From NCBI GenBank assembly GCA_963850305.1, contig CAWKKR010000008.1, positions 704,001 to 768,000 of the forward strand: a stretch of DNA of 64,000 nt, in the 5' to 3' direction. Positions 59,965-64,000 of this stretch are shown one piece after another (position 1 is the stretch's first letter; each line of letters begins with the position of its first letter). Under the pieces are notes generated by a model, which searched no databases, was not told where the DNA came from, and saw only the letters and a program-made list of their open reading frames with translations. The DNA comes from an uncultured delta proteobacterium (GTDB taxonomy: Bacteria; Myxococcota_A; Polyangia; Polyangiales; Polyangiaceae). A program made the translations under genes and the position numbers.

Positions 59965-61602
59965 TCAGCGCCGCACGTACACGTCCATATCGTCCACACT
60001 CCGGGCGAACCGATACTTCCTCAGGACCATGTCGTAGAGCGGGGGGAACGTCCTGAGCGCAGCGTGCGAATCGAGATCGTCGCCAGTGACGAAACTGAAA
60101 ACGTCGTTGTGTTGCACGACCAGGACGGCAGGCCGCGTTCGGCGAAGATCGGAGAGGAGTTCGGCGCGTGCATGCGCGCGTTGCCACGGCGCCCGCTGGG
60201 GAACGCTGTAGAGATAGCGCGAGGCAAGGGCTCGCCCCGAAAACCAGTAGATGGCCGGCTCGAATCCCCACACGAAGATCGAGTCCGTGGACTGCGTCAG
60301 CCCGTCCACGGCCCGCGCCGTGCGGCGATCGGTATCGAGGGCGTAGTCGACCACGTGATAAAGCTCGGCGTCGAGGGCCTCGCGCGAGGGGCTCCGCGTG
60401 ACGAGAAATCGCATGCGGTCCGCGCTGCGTTCCCAGAACGTGCCCGGGTTCTGACGGAGCGCGACGCGTGACGCAGCGAGCACGATGACGACCGTCGCAA
60501 AGGCCGCGGGTCCGACCATCGGCGCGCGCGTCGAGAAGCGCCACGCCTTGTAAAGACCGAGGCCTGCGACGAACGAGAGGAGCGGCAGCGTCGCGCCGTA
60601 ATGGTATTGAAAGAACTTCGCCTGAAGCGCGATGCCGATCACGTGAATGGTGACGATGCCCAGTATGAGAGCGAACCCCTCCCACTGTCGCGCCGCTCGC
60701 GGCGGAAGAGCGACCGCGCAGGCGAGCGCGACCGGCAACAGGTACGAGAACCCCGTCAGCGCTTCGACGAATCCGTAACGGAAGAGCGAAAGCGGCGCGC
60801 CATGCCAGCCGAGCGCCGTGTATCCCGGCGCGAATTCGAACAGCGTCCAGCGGAGTTCGGGCCACGCGCCGCGGAGCCAGAACCAAGCCGCGCACCCCGC
60901 CAGGGGGACGAAGCTCGCGACCGCCATCGTCAGGATCGGGACAGTCGCGGTCCACGCGCGTCGTGACCGGCCCAGCTCCTTCCACGCCACGTAAAGGGAG
61001 CAAGCAACCGCGCCGCCGCCGAGCGGCGGCTTGAAGAGAAACGCGGCGCCGAAGAGGAGCCCCGTGGCAATCCACGCAAGGGCTCGACGGCGACGGGTCG
61101 CGGCGTCGACGGCGGCTCCTGTCGTCAATACGAGCGCGAAGACCGTCAGCATGCCGCCGAACGATTCCGGCTGGGCGGTGTGCCAGAACTCGAGCTCGGC
61201 GTGGATGAGAGTCGCGAGCGCGCCGCCAAGGAGCCCGGCCGTCGGCGAGTCGAACAACGAGCGACCGAGTCTTCGAAATGCAACGACGACGGCGAGAAGC
61301 CCGGCGACTTCCACGATCCGGACGGACACCATGGCCTTCCCGAACAAGGCCTGGGCCGCCGCGTAGACGAAGAAGATGCCGGGGGGTTTGAAATCCCACG
61401 CATCGAGATACGGCATCTTCCCGGCGAGGATTGCGTCCCCGACCACCGCGTAGATCCCTTGATCGCGACCATAGCCGAACAGCAGCACCTGCAGGCATGC
61501 CAGCAGGACGACGACCCAAGCGGCGCGCGCGAGCCAGACGTCGGAAGGTGTCTTCACGACGCCGTCGGTCGCCATGGGTTCCGAGCGAACTACGGCCGCC
61601 AT
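59965..61602 (-). CDS. ArnT/PMT-like (GT-C) glycosyltransferase
   Basis: GRDQGIY, PYLDAWDFKPPG, AQPESF, LFKPP, KFFQYHY; start 61602 or 61575. Confidence 0.82.
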   Translation of the reverse strand: MAAVVRSEPMATDGVVKTPSDVWLARAAWVVVLLACLQVLLFGYGRDQGIYAVVGDAILAGKMPYLDAWDFKPPGIFFVYAAAQALFGKAMVSVRIVEVAGLLAVVVAFRRLGRSLFDSPTAGLLGGALATLIHAELEFWHTAQPESFGGMLTVFALVLTTGAAVDAATRRRRALAWIATGLLFGAAFLFKPPLGGGAVACSLYVAWKELGRSRRAWTATVPILTMAVASFVPLAGCAAWFWLRGAWPELRWTLFEFAPGYTALGWHGAPLSLFRYGFVEALTGFSYLLPVALACAVALPPRAARQWEGFALILGIVTIHVIGIALQAKFFQYHYGATLPLLSFVAGLGLYKAWRFSTRAPMVGPAAFATVVIVLAASRVALRQNPGTFWERSADRMRFLVTRSPSREALDAELYHVVDYALDTDRRTARAVDGLTQSTDSIFVWGFEPAIYWFSGRALASRYLYSVPQRAPWQRAHARAELLSDLRRTRPAVLVVQHNDVFSFVTGDDLDSHAALRTFPPLYDMVLRKYRFARSVDDMDVYVRR

Positions 61603-61705
61603 CCCCGTGTGGCTGTGCGGGCGCGCGCTCGAGTCGAGCTGACGCCTCTGCTCGAGCTCCGGTCGCCGCGATGATTTTCCGACATCGGCTCGACCGAGCT
61701 TCGCT

Positions 61706-62188
61706 TCAATCTGCTTCCAGCTGATCGACCAGGGCGGAGAGAACCTCTCGCGCAATCGTCAAGCGACGGGCTGGCTGCGACGAGAGCATCCGGACCACGG
61801 CCGCCTCCACCGTTCCGGCTCGGCTCCTGTCCAGGACGGAGCCTCGCGCCGTCAGGTGGAACGAGGTCCGACGCGCGTCGGCGCGATCCTTGTTACGAAC
61901 GAGAAGCCCGCGCGAGACCAGCCGTCCGAGCACCCCGGTGAGGGTGCTGGGATGGACGTGCAGGGCGGTCGACAGTTCGCCCGCCGAGATCCCTGGCGTC
62001 CTTCCCACCAGCCGCAGGACGAGACGCTGCGGTCCCGTGACACCGAGACGGCGAGTCATCGCCTTCGAAGTCGAGCGAAGGGCGTGATCGACCGCCCAGA
62101 CGGCCCGCATGAAGTCCAGAGCCGCACCGAAATCCGTCCCCCTGGAGCGCGCTCCTCTTCGTGCTTTTGGCGAGGCGTCTTTTTTCAC
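61706..62188 (-). CDS. MarR family transcriptional regulator
   Basis: LGVTGPQRLVL...ELSTALHVHPSTLTGVLGRLVSRGLLVR..DRADARR..HLTARG. Confidence 0.9.
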   Translation of the reverse strand: MKKDASPKARRGARSRGTDFGAALDFMRAVWAVDHALRSTSKAMTRRLGVTGPQRLVLRLVGRTPGISAGELSTALHVHPSTLTGVLGRLVSRGLLVRNKDRADARRTSFHLTARGSVLDRSRAGTVEAAVVRMLSSQPARRLTIAREVLSALVDQLEAD

Positions 62189-62243
62189 GGAGCATGGCGG
62201 TTTTGCCCGATAACGTCGGCGACGTCGAGCAACAACGGCCAGC

Positions 62244-63260
62244 TCAGGGCAACCAGGCGAGCGAACCGTCGTCGAGCTTCACCGAGTAGGAGCCGCGCGC
62301 GTCGCGCTTCAACGCCACACCGCGCTGCACGAGCGACCCCGAGTCGACCATCACCTGAAGGGACTTTCCCGGCGGGTAGTGATGCGGCAGCACCCATCTC
62401 CAGAACACGCCCTTTCCGGTGTAAGCCGGCTTCAGAGCGTTGAATAACGTCTCCGCGCGCAGATACGCGCCGACGTCGACGAACGTACCGATCCACAGGT
62501 CGTCCGCGGACTTCGCATGCTCGATGATACCCGTCAGGTCTTCCCTCGAGACCCCCTCGTACCAATTCTCGGGCAGGATGCTGTGAAAGCCCATGATCAG
62601 CCACTTCGACTGGCTCTCCGTCTCGTCGATCCAGGCGTCCCAGTCCTTGAGGGTCTGCCCCCGGGACGGCGAGATGAACCGCGCGTCGACCGCGTACCAG
62701 TCGACGCCGGGTGACGCATCCACGAGGCCCCCCGAACCGGCGCGAGCCAGCAGGAACCGCTTCGACGCCACGTCCTTGTAGGCTGGGCTCGTGTCTATGT
62801 AGGGGTAGGCAAATGTATAGACTCTGCGCACGCCGAAATGAGACTCGAGATACGTGCTGCAGCGGTCGATCTCCTGCTCGGCGGGCAGGCACTCCTTGGA
62901 GCCGAGGTCGACCGCGTGGCAATGATCCACCGTGTGGTTTGCAATCTCGTGCCCGTCACGGACGGCTCGACTCCAGGCCGCGTCGTCCCGCCCCACCCTC
63001 AGATTTTTCACGGTCACGAAGAACGTGGCCTTCACTCCCTCGGCGTCGATCGCGGGCAGGACCTGCTCGACGGCCGACGGCGAGCCGTCATCGAACGTCA
63101 GGGTGAACGCCGCCCGGTGCCCGTTCCAGGGTAGGACGCGCAGGTGAGGGCCTCGCGGGAGGACTGACCGGGAAAGTCCCGGGACCCCGGCGTCGACCTG
63201 GCCGGCACTGGTGCCGAGGGCGGCTAGCAGCAGGACAGCCGACACCGTACTTTTCCGCAT
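62244..63260 (-). CDS. Secreted polysaccharide deacetylase (NodB/CE4)
   Basis: Signal peptide, TLTFDDG, ATFFV, HEIANHTVDH, FAYPY, MGFHS. Confidence 0.88.
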   Translation of the reverse strand: MRKSTVSAVLLLAALGTSAGQVDAGVPGLSRSVLPRGPHLRVLPWNGHRAAFTLTFDDGSPSAVEQVLPAIDAEGVKATFFVTVKNLRVGRDDAAWSRAVRDGHEIANHTVDHCHAVDLGSKECLPAEQEIDRCSTYLESHFGVRRVYTFAYPYIDTSPAYKDVASKRFLLARAGSGGLVDASPGVDWYAVDARFISPSRGQTLKDWDAWIDETESQSKWLIMGFHSILPENWYEGVSREDLTGIIEHAKSADDLWIGTFVDVGAYLRAETLFNALKPAYTGKGVFWRWVLPHHYPPGKSLQVMVDSGSLVQRGVALKRDARGSYSVKLDDGSLAWLP

Positions 63261-63439
63261 ATTCCGCTGAACAGACAGGCTCATCGGGACATTCCCCAAA
63301 AAATAACACCGGTACTCCAATTGAGACACCCGGCTACTTTGATGTCAAACGACCGAACGAGTAGCCTAGCATTTGGAGCGTAGTACCATCGACAACACGG
63401 GGCACCGCGGGTCGGTCCCGACGTACGACGACAACCTGT

Positions 63440-64000
63440 ATGCGCCGCCTTCCGATTTTCCTCGCCGCGATCGGCCTCGTTCCGCTCGGCACCGCGGTGG
63501 CGTTCGCCCTGTCCGAGCGACGGCACCATGAGTCCGTCCCCCCGGCGTCGTCCGGGACGCGCCACTTCGATCGTCGGTTCGACGTCTCCGCGTTCCTGAA
63601 GGGGAATCTCCACACTCACACGAACCATAGCGACGGCGACTCCTCGCCGGAGGAGGTCGCGCTCTGGTACAGGAAGCACGGGTACGCGTTCCTCGCACTG
63701 ACGGATCACAATCGGCTCACGGACACCAAGCGGCTGGCCTGGCTTCAGGACGACACCTTCCGCCTCATCCCGGGCGAGGAAATCACGATGCGCGGGAACG
63801 GACGGCAAGTCCACGTGAACGCCCTCTGCGTGAACCAGCGGATCAGCGGGGGTACGTTCGTCTCGGCGGCGGAGGCTCTGGCGTGGGCTACCCGTCAAAC
63901 ACTGCTTCAAGGCGGCGTCGCCGTCGTCAACCACCCCAACTTCGATCGGGCGCTGGCCGCGTCGGACCTGCCCGCCGCCGACGGCGCGGCGCTGCTCGAG
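63440..64000 (+). CDS. PHP-domain (CehA/McbA-like) metallohydrolase, runs off the window
   Basis: LKGNLHTHTNHSDG, ALTDHN, IPGEEIT, HVNAL, VNHPNF after a signal-like N-terminus. Confidence 0.88.
   Translation, partial: MRRLPIFLAAIGLVPLGTAVAFALSERRHHESVPPASSGTRHFDRRFDVSAFLKGNLHTHTNHSDGDSSPEEVALWYRKHGYAFLALTDHNRLTDTKRLAWLQDDTFRLIPGEEITMRGNGRQVHVNALCVNQRISGGTFVSAAEALAWATRQTLLQGGVAVVNHPNFDRALAASDLPAADGAALLE

Overview
GC-rich bacterial DNA, most likely Myxococcota (Polyangiales-like, inferred from the EF-Tu switch-I variant, Ser/Thr-kinase and FHA sigma-54 activators, and many Cys-rich lipoproteins). 1-13.8 kb (minus strand) is the core cluster tRNA-Thr/Tyr/Gly/Thr, tuf, rpmG, tRNA-Trp, secE, nusG, rplKAJL, rpoB, rpoC. 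An intact IS110 follows, inserted at the end of a GTAG-type palindromic repeat; its structured non-coding left end is a bridge/seek-RNA candidate. The same repeat family recurs in-frame inside a membrane glycosyltransferase-like gene (19.2-19.5 kb) and intergenically at 48.9 kb. 27-30.4 kb looks like a decayed defence islet: an intact, coupled pair (small YHGYP-motif protein plus an IrrE-like protein without HExxH), an IS91-like scrap, 21/42-bp tandem arrays, an hsdR fragment, and a DUF3800 pseudogene facing a tiny promoter-hairpin-U6 RNA unit. The rest encodes sigma-54 activators, a Cys-less peroxiredoxin-like lipoprotein, PrkA, an APC permease, a membrane PPase, pntAB/pntB without pntAA, moaA/C/E, a serpin lipoprotein with predicted acidic P1, and a GT-C/polyprenol-phosphate glycosylation cluster. 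The most striking unannotated signal is 58.74-59.01 kb: a sigma-54 promoter followed by four hairpins with C-rich (CCCUC-containing) loops, compensatory stem changes and a U-tract, i.e. a candidate multi-module sRNA. Four frameshifts probably reflect read errors. All family calls come from motif recognition; no database searches were run.
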